From: the human T2T-CHM13v2.0 reference genome, Homo sapiens | Length of the DNA: 64,000 nucleotides | Direction: 5' to 3' (one strand) | NCBI RefSeq assembly: GCF_009914755.1 | Contig: NC_060933.1 | Shown here: positions 1-17,524 of the stretch, one piece after another | Position numbering within the stretch: position 1 is the first letter of the stretch | Layout of the letters: every line of letters begins with the position of its first letter | Made by a program: the position numbers and the translations under genes | Notes under the pieces: generated by a model | Told to the model about the DNA's origin: nothing | Database searches by the model: none | Seen by the model: the letters and a program-made list of their open reading frames with translations, nothing else

Positions 1-126
<126 letters not shown>

Positions 127-886
127 CTAGCAAGCTGAATTAAAAGAAGGAAGGGAAAAAAACATATTACCATCCCAATTGATTCAGGAAAAGCATTTGA
201 AAAAGATCAACATCCTCTCATAATTAAAAAAGAAAAAACTCAATAAACTACAAGTAGAAGGAAACTTTTTCAACATAATAAACACTATATATGTAAGAAA
301 ACTCCCTGCTACCATCATACTTGATGCTAATAGACTGAACTTTTTTTTTTCTTAGGATCTTGAACAAGATAAAGAGGCCCACTCCTACCACTTCAATTAA
401 CATAACTCTGGGTGTTCTGTCCAAAGTAAATGAACAAGAAAAAAATTTAAAAAGGACTTGAAATTAGAAAGTAAGAAGTAATGTTATGTCTGGTCACTAA
501 GGTGATCTTTATGTAGAAAACCCTAAGGATTCCACAAAAACAAACAAGGAAAAAGTATTAGATCTAACAAACACATTCAGCAAAGTTACAGGTAAAAAAT
601 CAATCAGCAAATCCAGTTGTGTTGCTATACATTAACAATGAACAACCTGCAAAGGTAATAAGAAAAACATTCCCACTTACAATAGCATCACAGAAAATAC
701 CTAGGAATAAACGTGATCACGGAAGTGAAAGACTTGTACACTGAAAACTACAAAATATTGCTGAAAGCAATTAAAGAAGATATTAAGCAGATGGAAAGAC
801 ATCCCATGCTCATGGTTAAAAGACAAAAAACCCTTTTTAAGATTCATATGGAATCTCAAGGGAACCTGAATAGCCAAAATAATCTT

Positions 887-1154
887 TTTGTTTGTTTGTT
901 TGTTTGTTTTGTTTTGTTTTTATTATACTTTAAGTTTTAGGGTACATGTGCACATTGTGCAGGTTAGTTACATATGTATACATGAGCCATGCTGGTGCGC
1001 TGCACCCACTAACTCGTCATCTAGCATTAGGTATATCTCCCAATGCTATCCCTCCCCCCTCCCCCCACCCCACCACAGTCCCCAGAGTGTGATATTCCCC
1101 TTCCTGTGTCCATGTGATCTCATTGTTCAACTCCCACCTATGAGTGAGAATATG
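887..1154 (-). mobile_element. L1PA2-type 5'-truncated 3' end (~270 bp)
   Basis: Young L1 3' UTR; reverse strand reads gatgacGAGttagtg and cctgcacaatgtgcac; perfect 12-bp TSD caaaataatctt at 875-886 and 1155-1166. Confidence 0.9.
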
Positions 1155-1666
1155 CAAAATAATCTTAAAAAAGAGAAACAACGTTGGAGTTCTCACACTT
1201 CTTGATTTTAAAACTTACCACAAAGCTATGGTAATGAAATATTGTGGTACTGCCATAAGGATAGACACAAAGATGAATGCAATGGAATACAGCACTTAGA
1301 AATAAACCCTCACATACATGATCAAATGAGTTTCAATAAAGGTGCTGAGACTATTCAGCGAGGCAAGGACCGTCTTTTCAACTAATGGTGTGGAAAATCG
1401 GGATATTCACATGCACATGAATGAATTAGACCTTTGCCTTATATCACATACAAAAATTAAGTCAAAATGGATTAAAGACATAAATTTAGGAGCTAAAACT
1501 ATACAGTTCTTAGAAGAAACTATTGGAAAATCTTCATGACATTAGATTTGTCAGTGTTCTCAGATATGACACCAAAATAGGCAACAAAAGGAAAAATGTA
1601 GAGAAATTGGACTCATCAAAATTAAAAAATTTCTGCATCAAAGGATACTACTAGCAAGAGAGTAAA

Positions 1667-1967
<301 letters not shown>

Positions 1968-3064
1968 TAAAAACACAACTCACAGAAATACTTACAAAGC
2001 ATATATCTGATAGGAGTTTAATATACAGAATAGATAAACAACTTCTGCAATTCAAAACAGCAATAAAACTAACTGAATTTTTTTATTGACAAAATACTTG
2101 AATCAACGTCTCTCCAAAAATGTATAAATAGCCTATAAGCACATGAAAAGAAGCTCAACATACCTGGTCACTAGGGAATTGCAAAGCCAAACCACAATTA
2201 GAAACCAATTCATACCCATTTAGGATGGTCGTTATTGGAAAAAAATGGAAAATACCAAGTGTTGGTGAGAAGTTGGAACCCTTGTGCAACTGTTGGAGGG
2301 AATGTAAATGATGCATCCTCTGTGAAAGACAGTTTGGTGGTTCCTCAAAAAATTAGAATTACCATATGATCCAATAATTCCACTTCTAGATACAGACCCC
2401 AAAGAAAGACCCAACCAGATACTTGTATACCATCGTGCACAACAGCATCAATCACAAAAAACAAAAGGTGGAAGCAACCCAAGTGTGTGGACAGATGAAC
2501 GGATAAACAAAATGCAGCATGTACACACCGTGGAATATTATTCAGCTTTAAAAAGAGAATGAAATACCTGGTGCTTGCTACAACATGAATGAACCTTGAA
2601 ACATTACGCTAAGTGAAATAAGGCAGAGGCAAAGTGACAGATATTTTATGATTCCACATATATGAAGTGCCTAGAATAGGTAAATTCACAGAAGCAGAAA
2701 GTAGAACGCAGATTACCATGATCTATGCGTCTGCACCCCACCCACCACCAGAGATCTCTACGTGCTTTCACTTGGGTAATACCAATGACAAGAGGAGGAA
2801 TGTAAAGAGTCTTTTATCCTGTCTCTGAAGCCCTATAAGAGGGAAGTCTCAACTTCCATGCTGGGAGTATGGGATATGGGGACTTTGACTACACAGTTTC
2901 TGTTTGGGATTATCCACAATTTCTGGTAATAGATAGCAGTGATGCTTGTGTAACACTGTGCACATGCTTAAAGTCACTTAATTACACACTTTAAAATGGT
3001 TAAAGTGGCAAATTTTATGTTATGCATATTTCACCACAGAAAAAATAAATAAATACATAAATAA

Positions 3065-3558
<494 letters not shown>

Positions 3559-4576
3559 TGAGCAAAGTTCCCCTTCATGCTAGGTAACCCTTTGATCTTC
3601 AAGGTACTCATGGTTAAAAGAGCATATACATTTCAGAACTAAAATAAGATGAAAACTACTGATTATTTGTTTAACCTTAGCACTAAAAATAGACCTCTGA
3701 TGTTAGAGACTTCACAATATGATTTCTTCATTAATCTGGATATATGTGTGCATGTGTCTCTGCGTGTGTATCTCAACTTATTTTAGCTTTAAAAAAAATT
3801 CAAAATCCCCTTTACCATGAAAACAAGGTTATGCTTTCATTTTCATAAAGCCTCTTAAGGTCTAAGCAGAATATTGCATATTTGTAATTTAAAATATTGT
3901 CATTAAAAAGTGCATTTGGTGAGACCTAGAAAATGGTCACTTAAAACCAAAAGTAAATACAATGCTTTGTTGATAGGTAGGAGCTGCTTCCTCTTTCTAT
4001 CTGCCTCCCGCCATGCCCCTTCTCCCAACAACCCCTTAGCTTCTAGCTAAATAGAAAGGATGTTCTAGCAGCTACTGAGTAGCACCTGAAGTGCCTGTAT
4101 GAAGTGCTTGGTCTGTGTTTCTGTTAAAAAAATGTCTAACAGAGGTTTAGGTAAAATTTATCCTAAAGGAATAAGAAGGTAAATTATTTTGTGAATGAGG
4201 CTCTGAGCTGACTCACTGTATGCATTGTTGTAAAAATGTGTAACTGGAATAACATGTTGCTTGTTTGAACTGTAAGTGCTTACAAAGTATTTTTTAAAAT
4301 CTAACTTTGAAATGTTTTACTGTGTAAGTGATGTCTTGTTAGTTGGCAAGTTAAAAATCTTTTTCAGGGTCCTTGGCTACACATCAGCAGGAATAACTGA
4401 TAAGTCCCCAAAATTCGAGAGTGTTGCTTAGATTTTTCTTGTAACATTTCTTGAAACAATGTAGGTAGAATCACATCACTGAATCCCCCTGGCAAAGAAA
4501 AAACTGTTGCCTTTTACAAAGAACAGTATATTCCTGATCTAGAAGTTGCAGCTTTTGGAAAAGTTGCCCCATTTGC

Positions 4577-5625
<1,049 letters not shown>

Positions 5626-6970
5626 GAAAAGAAAAATTAAAACACTCCCAGTTTGTAGATGACATGATTTTCTGAGTAGAACTAGTTAAGTGAATTCAGC
5701 AAGTTTTTAGGATATAAGATCAACACACAAAAACATACTAACGACAGACATGTGGAGATGGACTTTAAAACACAATATGATTTAAAATTATCTCATAGAA
5801 AAGGAAATATTTAGGTACGAAATTATGTACAAATTTTAACAAAATACATAAAAGATCTGTATCCTAAAATTTAGAAAATGCTGATGAAAAGAATCAAAGG
5901 AGACCTAAATAAATGGATATATATCATGTTCATGAATTGGAAATTTCAACATATTAAAGATGTCAGTACTTCAAAAGTTGACCTACAGATTTAGTACAAT
6001 TTTTACGAAAGTCCCAACAAAATGTTTTGTAGACATAAACAAGTTTATTCTAAAACGTATATGGAAAGGCACAGGACCAAAAATAGTGAAAACAATTTTC
6101 AAAAGAGTAAAGTGAGAGGAATCCCTGTGCCTGGTGTTGCTATATGTCTACAGAAAACAATGCAATGTATTGCTGGCAGAGGCAGAGACGCCTAGAACCC
6201 AGGAACAGAGTAGCAAATCCAAAAACAGACCCACACAATTATGCCCAATGAATCTGTAAAAACAATTACATGGAGGAAGGGTAACCTTTCAATAAATTGT
6301 GTTGGGACAATTATTATGCATCCATGGATAAAATAATGAACTTTACATTTAACCTCACATCTTACCAAAAATGAACTAAAAATGGATCACAAATTCTCCC
6401 CGGCTGGACTGCAGTGGCGCCATCTCGGCTCACTGCCACCTCCACCTCCGGGTTCAAGCAATTATCCTGCCTCAGCCTCCGGAGCAGATGGGATTACAGG
6501 CGCCCACCACCACGCCCGGCTCATCTTTGCATCTTTACTAGAGACGGAGTTTCACCTTGTTGGCCAGGCTGGTCGCGGTAATTCCTGACCTCAGGTGATC
6601 CGCCCTCCTCAGCCTTCCTAAATGCTAGGACTACAGGTGTGAGCCACCGCACCTGGCCTAAAACTATAAATATTTTAGAAAAATAAACATAGGAGAAAGT
6701 CTTCAGGACTTAAGACTACGTGGTGTTTATAAAATAGACGGTGCTTTCATAAAATTATGTGTTTTTTTTAAATAAAACTAAACACGTATCTATCATACAG
6801 CCCAGCAATAAAAGTTTTAGGCATTACAGTATTACAGAGAAATGGAACATTTCTGTTCACATGAAAACATGTGTACGGTTGTTCATAGTGGCTTTATTTG
6901 TATTAACCAAAAGCTGGAAATAACCCAAATGTTTTCCTATAGTGAATGGTTAAACAAACTGTGGTAAGTT
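5626..6970 (+). mobile_element. Old L1M ORF2 3' fragment, interrupted by an Alu
   Basis: tttgtagatgacatgatt (RT FADD-like region) and downstream ORF2-like sequence. Confidence 0.85.
6396..6658 (-). mobile_element. Alu (AluS-like, tail lost)
   Basis: Antisense Alu body. Confidence 0.9.
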
Positions 6971-7147
6971 CATAGAATTATCTTTCCTTTGAGATGCCAT
7001 TCCTGAAACTATAAAAACTTTTCTGGAAAACCTAAGCAATGAATTTATCGCTGTTTCGTTTGTATCGCCTATTTAAGGAAGTAAAATGAACGATAATTTT
7101 TGCCCTCCTTTACCTATGGTCATGTGATAAGCCCTTAATAGAAGTCA

Positions 7148-7441
<294 letters not shown>

Positions 7442-7529
7442 TCAGCTTTTATTATGAGGGGCTCTCCATCTCCAGATGCCTGTAAGGAAAGGAGTGAGCT
7501 AAGCATCTGGAACACCGTGGGGGTTTTGG

Positions 7530-7735
7530 ACTGAGTGCCTACGGTGTATTGGGCCCTGTGTAGGAGTTTCATATATATTATTTTATAGCACTATGGCTAG
7601 CTCTTACTACCCAAATTTTACAAGTTAGGAAACTAAGGATTAGCATTACTTACTCAAACAAACAGTGGGTGAGTGGGGAAATTGGAATTCATATCCAGAT
7701 GTCTCTGAGTACAGAAACCATATTCTCTATACCAC
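7530..7735. mobile_element. MIR fragment
   Basis: ttttacaagttaggaaactaaggattag MIR core-like. Confidence 0.55.
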
Positions 7736-9700
7736 ACTTTTTTGTCCCTTCATAACTTCCATCTGTGTGAGTGGCCAGGAGTAACGGATTATGCAACTGC
7801 CTGAAGCGCTCTGGTCTTGTGTCCAATGCACAGGATGCGGAACATTCGTTTAAAATCTTCCTGCCCATTCCACGGCTGAGTCTCATCTCTAGCCAGCAGA
7901 AACCCATTTTTAGTGGCTGGTAAGCCACTAAATTTACTCTTTGTCCCCAAAATGACCATCATTGCATATTTAAGTACATTTTATTTCTAGATGCCTGATT
8001 CATTTCAAGTCTATGTAAATTGTTAGTTTCTTATGAACAATTAAATTTAAAGTATACATATGTCAACAACTTTTCTGTTAGTGAAACTGTGAGATCCTGT
8101 CACTCAGTGTGACATCGCTGAAAATTAAGGGATTCGCAATCTTTGCTGACTTGTGTTCCAAGTCTGGATCAACTATTTGCTGTATGACGTTGGCAATATT
8201 ATTTAACCTCTAATAGAGTTCATCTGTTTATCTATTAAAACAGTGAAATGATATTTATCTGAAAGAATCCAGTATATTAATTTAGAGGTACACCCATTAA
8301 CAAACACATTACTTTATGTAAATTGGTAATCTATATCTGCTTCTGCTTATTCATTACTTTAAATAACTACAAAGAAAATATTCAGACCCAGGGACATAAA
8401 ATAAGCACTCAAATAACGTCTGTTGAAAAAAATGAATGTCACTTTTGTCAAATTATTTCTAAAAAAAAAAAAAGTAACTTATTTAGAAAATCTCAAATCT
8501 ACATTAAGGACCTTGTATTTTAGCATTGTCACCACTTTTACTGAGAGGTCAGTAGGGACTATTCCTGATTCTGGAAGGCAGAACATAGATAAGGAGACCC
8601 ACAAAATTGGAGTCTGATCTGGGTCACATTTTCAACATTTAAAATTACCGTGTGACTTTGGTGAGTCATTTGAATTCTCCATTCCTGTTCTCTATCTATA
8701 AATAGAAATAATAAAGACATTTATTCTTAAATTAAGTTTCAATTTTTCATCTATAAAATCAAGTGCTAAATATACACATTTAGCAATTATAATGCTATAC
8801 AGAGATGTTTCTGTAATTTCTATTCTTCTTCCAACTTTGCACCATTTTGCAAACATCCTCATGTTAAAGGTTGCAGTTTCTTCCAGTTTCTTACTACCAT
8901 GATGTGCTCATAAATGCTTGAAATCCCATTTGAACAGGATTCAGGACAGCGTAAGGTGTTAATCTGACCATTTGTTTTTAAGAGTCTATCCTGTTTAAAG
9001 CCATGAGATACATTTCTAAGTGTTCTGAACTACATCATTTAAATCTTCTCATATCCTGTTTTTAAAAAAGTGGTAATCTTGGGTGAAGCCACTTGATCAA
9101 TAATTTTTTAAGGTCCTTAATTTTCTCAACTCCAGGACATTTTCCTATCCATTGGACCACTTGAATTTCATCTTTATGTTTTGTAGGTGTTTTTGGTAAT
9201 TTCCTTTTTACTGCATTCCATGACTTTTAATGTTTCCATTTAGGGAATTGTTCTCAAAGAATTTGAGTTGAAACTCATACTACATATTTATAAAATGTAT
9301 AAATTATTTACAGCTTAGCATTAAAAAAATCAAATATGTCCAATTCAAGTAGCTGGTACAGAATCACTTATTTTCTTAAATATGATACGTTACAATTATA
9401 TCATGTTTTAAATCTCTAACAAACCTGACTCCATAATATTTGGCTACAAGTGTATATAATACAAATGCTTATATGATGGCTGAGAAAACAAAAATTTTCA
9501 TTCTTACACTTTTTAAATTGTTATTTTGTCTTCTTTTAATGGATACTTGGTACAGTTTCACCTGGATGCTCTCTATATTCAGGGGAATTGCAGAGTTACA
9601 GGGATACTGTACTATGTGGAATTGCCCCATCAATTAAATGCAGGATCATGACAATGAGCAAGTAAGGAGGATTTGATGCCACTCCTTTACAAGAACGCCT

Positions 9701-10053
9701 TGCTAGGGTTTGGCTGTGTCCCCATTCAAATCTCATCTTGAATTGTAGCTCCCATAATTCCCACATATTGTGGGAGGGACTCAGTGGGAGATAATTGAAT
9801 CATGGGGGTGGTTTCCCCCATACTGTTCTTGTGGTAGTGAATAAGTCTCACAAGATCTGATGGTTTTATAAGGGGAAACCCCTTTCACTTGGTTCTCTTT
9901 CTCTCCGCCTGGGAAAAGCATCCCTTGCTCTTCCACCATAATTCTGAGGCCTCCTCAGCCACGTAGAACTGTGGGTCAATTAAACCTCTTTCCTTTATAA
10001 ATTACCCAGTCTCGGGTATGTCTTTATGAGCAGTCTGAAAACAGACTAATATA
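9701..10053 (+). mobile_element. THE1-family (MaLR) solo LTR
   Basis: gggtttggctgtgtcccc...aaatctcatcttgaatt...acagactaatata; 5-bp TSD cgcct/ctcct. Confidence 0.92.
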
Positions 10054-11744
10054 CTCCTCCATGGGAAGAAAAGGTTTGAGGGTCTTTGGAGAACAGAGTA
10101 TGAGAGGAGGATGCCCAGTAAGGGGGTACCAGTGCCTGCATCTGGAGGCAAATCTCACAGGCATTTATCACAGTCAGACATTAAATTATGTTGTATTATT
10201 TTAAATGTAAGCAGTTGACAATTACGCCAAACTAGAAGCTACTGCTTCTTTTAGAAGTAGGTAATAAAATAATTAACTCTGAAGTAATGTACTGTTCAGA
10301 AGCAGAGCAGATATACATAAACCTAAACACTAAGAGCTGGGTCTCCAATACTAAAAGAACGCTACTTTGGCACTCCCTGATAGAGGGAGCGCTATTAATA
10401 ATGTGGAAACGTTTTTGCTAAAAGAGAAGGATTAACATTCATGCCAGCATCCAAATTGTTCTTCTTAAGATATTGTATATTTATATTATAAAATATGTCC
10501 TGTTTCTGATTTTATTAATTTATTTCATTCATTAAAGATATATCAGCAAGTGGCAGATTAGGAAGCTCCAGGGCCATATTTTCCCATAAAAATGTCAAAT
10601 AAAAAATATATAGACCAAAGTCACTTTGTAAGAACTCCTAAAATTAGCTAAGAAACAAAGCAAATGCCTAACTGAACAAAAGGCCACATTGGAAGCAGTA
10701 TGAAATTTCATGGCATTTTTCTTGCCCTTAACCCACCTCCTCTTCAACATAGTGTGATGTGATCAGGAGGAATTTGTCCAATCCAAGTTCCAGCCTCAAG
10801 CTGGAAGAGGAAGAGAGGAGCTTATCTGGAGATTGACTGGAAGACTATTTCTATCTTACCTGATTTAAAAAGCTGATGGAAGTGGTGGCATAGTTTGAAT
10901 AGCCATTCAAATGACCTTGAATAGGTTCAAGGTCATTTAAAACAGACAGGCACCATGGTGACTAAGAGCCACAAGCGGTCAGAAGACCCCCGGTGGCACA
11001 GATTATAGACAAAGGAAAACAATAAAAATTCCCTGACCTCTAAGAAGCAGCAGCAATATGCCTCTTGGGGAAATTAAGACATTTAAAGCAGCCTTGTATA
11101 TGGGGAACTGGAACAAAAGCATACACACAAGGCAAGGAAAGACACATCTCCAGTAAAAGTATGAAAGGAGCTTGTACCTTTATGCCAGGATGATTAGTAA
11201 AGGTCTTCCCCTGCATAGAGCCAGTCCACAAAAAGCTAGGAGACAAGGCTACTTTTTTCAAATGCTCAATTTTCAACAAAAGATCACAAGACACACAAAG
11301 GAACAGGAAAACGTAGCCCCTTCAAAGGAACAAAATAAATCTCCAGTAACTGATCTTAAAGAACAGCAGAGCTTGGGCTTATTTGATAAAGATATTCAAA
11401 CAATAAAGATGTCTAAAGTATGCTAAATGAGCTGAAGGAGAACATGAACAGACATACAAGCAAACTCAGGAAGATATTTTATGAATGACATGAGAATATT
11501 AACAAAGAGATAATTTTAAAATCACAGAAAACAAACAAACATTCTGAACCTGAGAAACAGAGTAACTTAGTTGAAAAATTTACTATAGGGAGACTTGATC
11601 AGGCAGAAGAAAGAATCAGTAAACTTAAAGATATTTGTCATTGTTGAATCTGAGGAGCAAAAAGAAAAAAGAATGAGTAAAAGTGAACAGAGTTTAAGGG
11701 ACATATGGGACATTGTCGAGTGAACCATATACATTATGGAATTA

Positions 11745-12130
<386 letters not shown>

Positions 12131-12461
12131 TGAATATACAAATACAAGAAGCTCAGTGAATTTTAAATCGGATGGATCCACAAAGATCCACACTAAGACA
12201 TATTATAATCAAATTGTCAAAAGTCAAAGAGAATCTTGAAAGTAGCAAGAGATAGGTGACTTAGTATGTACAAGAAAATCTATAATATTAACAGTGAATT
12301 TCTTATCGGAAAATTTGCAGGCCAAAAGGCAGTGGGATGACATATTTAACTGATTTTTTTTAAACTCCTGTCAACTGAGAATACTATATTCAGTAAATTT
12401 GTTTTTCAAAAAAATGAAGAGAAGTAAGACATTTCTACAAAAAAACTGAGGAGTTTGTTAC

Positions 12462-12985
12462 TGTTGGGAAAGGCAGTCTTGTGCATGCAATCTTTTGACC
12501 CTCACTTGGCCATGTGACAATGGGCCTAAGGTCTGGACAACTTCTTTATCACGAGAATAAAGAACCTTCATATCCTGTACTGGGATTATCACTTGTGTGG
12601 GAATATTTTAGCCTGTTTCAGACTCAATGTGTATTCCTTCGTTCAGCTTAAAATTGCACATATTATGGCACCTAGCCAAACCTGATACTACATTTGCCCC
12701 CTGCAGGGAGGGGAAGGGTTCTTCTGTAGCACAAGAGAGGTATGTACCGCCAAATTGTCCTGTGTCAGCTGCTGGGCAGGACCTACTGGCCATGGGAGAC
12801 CCATGACCACTAGTGGAGCTGGTCGTGCTCTGCCTCTACTCTGTGTAAGTAAAGCATTAATCTATTCAGCAATTGGCTGTACTGTGTTTTCCTTGGCAAC
12901 TCCAATACCAAGATGCAGTAGGCAGAAGTATCAGGGTTTTCACTCCTGGTGATAGACAACTGATTTCACTTGCTTGATAGTAACC
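12462..12985 (+). mobile_element. ERV-type solo LTR, family unassigned
   Basis: Starts tgttgggaaagg, interrupts L1 ORF1 which resumes afterwards; agtaaa poly(A)-like signal ~12848. Confidence 0.55.
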
Positions 12986-14633
12986 ACTACACCATTCCTA
13001 TTAGAAATGTTAAAGAAAGTCCTTCAACTTGCAACAAAGGACACTAGGCAGTAACTTCAAGCCCTATAAAAATTTAAAGTTCTTTGGTAAAGATAAATGT
13101 ATGGACAAATATTTAAAAATTGTGTTATTATAATTTTCATTTGTAATGCCACTTTTAATTATTTAATAGGATTTAAAGTTTAAAAAGCATAAGTATAAAT
13201 CTATATTAATGGGTACACAATATAGAAAGATACTTTGTGACATAACATAAAGTGGGAGTGTGAAGACAGTTATAAAGGAGTAGAGTTTTTGTATGTGATT
13301 GAAGTTGCTATCAGTTTAAAATTGATTTTTCTAACTTAACTGTTTTATGTAATCCCCATGGTAACACAAAAGATATATCTAGAGAATGTACACAAAGAGA
13401 AATAAGAAGAAAATCAAATAAATGTCACTGAAAACTCAACTGAACATAAAGGAAGGCAGTAAGTGAGGAAATAAGGGGAAAAAACCTATAAGACATAGAG
13501 AAAAATTAGCAAAATGGCAATAGTAAATCTCTAATCATAATATATATTTTGGCAGAATGGATAAAAACACAAGATGCAACTATATACTGTCTACACAAGA
13601 CTTGTTATAAATCCGAGGACACGCACTGGGGAAGGGAAAGAATGGAAAAAAGATAATTCACGCAAATATTAAAAGAAGAGCAGCAAGTGGCTATATCGAT
13701 ATTGGATAAAAGAGATGTTAAGTTGAAAGCTGTCACAAGAGAGAAAGAGGGACACTATATAATGACAAAAGGGTCAATTCACCAAGAAGATATAACATTT
13801 ATAAATATATATATATTTATATATATATACACAGTAAGCATCAGAGCTCCTAAATTTATGAAACAAATGTTGACATAATTGAAAGGAGGAAAATACTGAT
13901 GTACAAGAATTATAGGGACTTTAATGTCACATTTCAATAATTGATTAAGCATCCAGAGAAACGATCAGTAAAGAAACAGAGGACTTGAAAAACATTATAG
14001 ACCAATTGAAACTGACAGACATATACAAAACACTTCACCCAACAACAATAGAATACACATTTTTTTCTCAAGTATACATGGAGCATAATTCAGGGTAGAC
14101 CATAGGCTAAGCCCCCAAAAAAGTCTTAATACAGTTAAAAGATTAAAATCATCACGGTACCTTTTTTTATTATGATGGAATGAAACTAGAAATCAATAGC
14201 AGGAGGAAAACTAGAAAGTCTACAAATATGTGGAAATTAAACAACAAACCCTTAAGTAACCAATGGGTCAAAGAAAAAAATACAAGGAAAATTAGAAAAT
14301 ATACTGAGAGAAATAAAAATGTAAACACAGTTTATTGAAACTTGTGAGATGCTGAAAAAGTAATAGTAAGAAGGAATTTTATAGCTGTAGATGTTTATAC
14401 TATAAAAGAACTAAATCAACAACCTACCTTTATTCCTTAAGGAAATAGAAAAAGAAGAAACTTCACACATCTGGCACACAAAAAGATACAATAAAGATTA
14501 CAGCAGAGATAAACGAAATTGAGACTAGAAAAACAATAGAGAAATTAGTGAAACATAGGGTTGACTATGTAAAACATGAACAGAATTGTCAAGCCTTTAG
14601 CTAGAACAACTGTGAAAAAGGAGGAAGCTCAGG

Positions 14634-14947
<314 letters not shown>

Positions 14948-15840
14948 TTACATCACACTCAGTGTTGAAAGACTGAAAGGGTTTTCTCTAAGATCAAGAA
15001 CAAGGCAAGGATGTCCACGTTTGCCAGTCTATTCAACATAGCACTTAAAGTCCTAACCAGAAAAATTAGGCAAGAAGAGGAAATTTAAAAAGATATCCAA
15101 AATGGAAAGGGGAAAATTAAATCATCCCTCTTCTCAGATTATATGATCATACATGTAGAGAACCCTAAAAATATCACAAAAACCTATTAGAAGTACAGTT
15201 TACCCAGAATTCTACTACTCCTTACCAAGGAGCATCTATTCTTATACTGATGTATGACATACTTTCAAACTTTCTCAATATCAAAGAGATTGTCTCACCA
15301 GCAGCTAAGGCTGTATTGTACTGATCTGTAATATTTGTTATTTCAAGCTGGAAGATATTATCTGAGAGTTTGACATATATTTGATCTTAAAGAATCTCAC
15401 AGAAAAAGGCTTCTCTTATACTGTCAAATTTTGAAGTAGGAAAAAGACTTTCGAGATTGCTAAAAAAATAACCTGTAACATACCTAAAATGCTTTGTATC
15501 CTGATAATCCCAGAATTCAGGTAAAATGTTGATTTGATGTTCACAAAGGGAGTAATATTTTAGTTACTTAAATACTAACATGGGTATAATTTAAATTACT
15601 CTGGTTAAGGATAGTACAAGACTCTGTGACTGTAAACACTTCACCTGAGCCAAGTTTGAATTATTTAATGTGTTATGTCATTTATTTATTTTCCACAAAG
15701 AAATGTCCTTCCCCCTCAGGCTGAAAAAAAAAAAAGTCTAGAATATGAAGGAGAACCATGGGAAGAGAAAGGAGGCAAAGAACTACAAAGACAGATCTCA
15801 CAAAATGGAAATGAAATGTATTGGAATTAAGAAGGAACAC

Positions 15841-16006
15841 CTTCCTTTTAGTAATATCATAGTACAGCCAACGTAAAACAAGAACATATTATTGTACCCA
15901 AAGTCAATGGACTGTGTAATGTCCAGGACAATCCATGACTCATCACATCCCACAGCCATGTTAACAGATGCCAACAGGCTCAGCGGTGCCCCCAGAGCTA
16001 CGCCTG
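15841..16006 (-). pseudogene. Candidate exon of the minus-strand decayed gene
   Basis: Acceptor gtgtcgtctAG; open frame AGVALGAPLSLLASVNMAVGCDESWIVLDITQSIDFGYNNMFLFYVGCTMILLKG; weak donor aag|GTgttc. Confidence 0.45.
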
Positions 16007-16400
16007 CTAGACGACACAGCTTAAATAAAGTGAAATACAATAATCTATGACAAAGTGGAAAAAAACAAGGAAGTGGAAAAAATAAGAATGTTCTTTGCTG
16101 ATCCACATGTTCCATGAGAAATCTTATCAAGGATCTTATAAAAGTGATAAAATCATAGATGAGAAAGACAGTTGCAGAGGTCAAATTGCAATTTCACATT
16201 TTGTTTAATTTGTTGAAAGTATTTGGTAAACAATCTGTGTACTCAAGAATAATTCAAAATGTTGCCACCATGTTTTACAAATTATTTTTAAGGATAAGCC
16301 ATCTTTTCTTCTAATGAAATTAAACAACAGTTATTAATAGTTTGGCATTTCTATAATGGTTTTATCTTTGTTGATTGTAAAGTGAGTCCTCACAACATAA

Positions 16401-16762
<362 letters not shown>

Positions 16763-17183
16763 TTACGGGGAAGGGACTTCCATAATTAACATGGACTGAA
16801 AAAATGAATTTAAAATAAGTGTGAAAGGGGGCATCTGACATGTGCAATGATCATTAATCTCATTGCGGGACCTTTAAAATCCACCTACATGTGTGAGGGA
16901 AGTGTTTGTCTCTATATTTTTGTTCCTCTAAGTAGGTCTGAATCCCATTAGGGTGAGGCACCTGGGGAAGCACCTAGGAATAGTGATTCCTGACATGTTT
17001 CTCACAATTTAATACTTCATAATTTAGAAAGTTTTCCCATACATTCTCTAATTTGAGTTTCACAGAGATCCTGTGGAAGAACTCTGGGCAGATAGAAGTC
17101 CAGAAGAGAAACAACAGCTCAGGAATGTCACATCATTGGTCCAGGAGCTGTTTCCTTATTTCCTCTGAACCTAATTTTACTGA

Positions 17184-17524
<341 letters not shown>

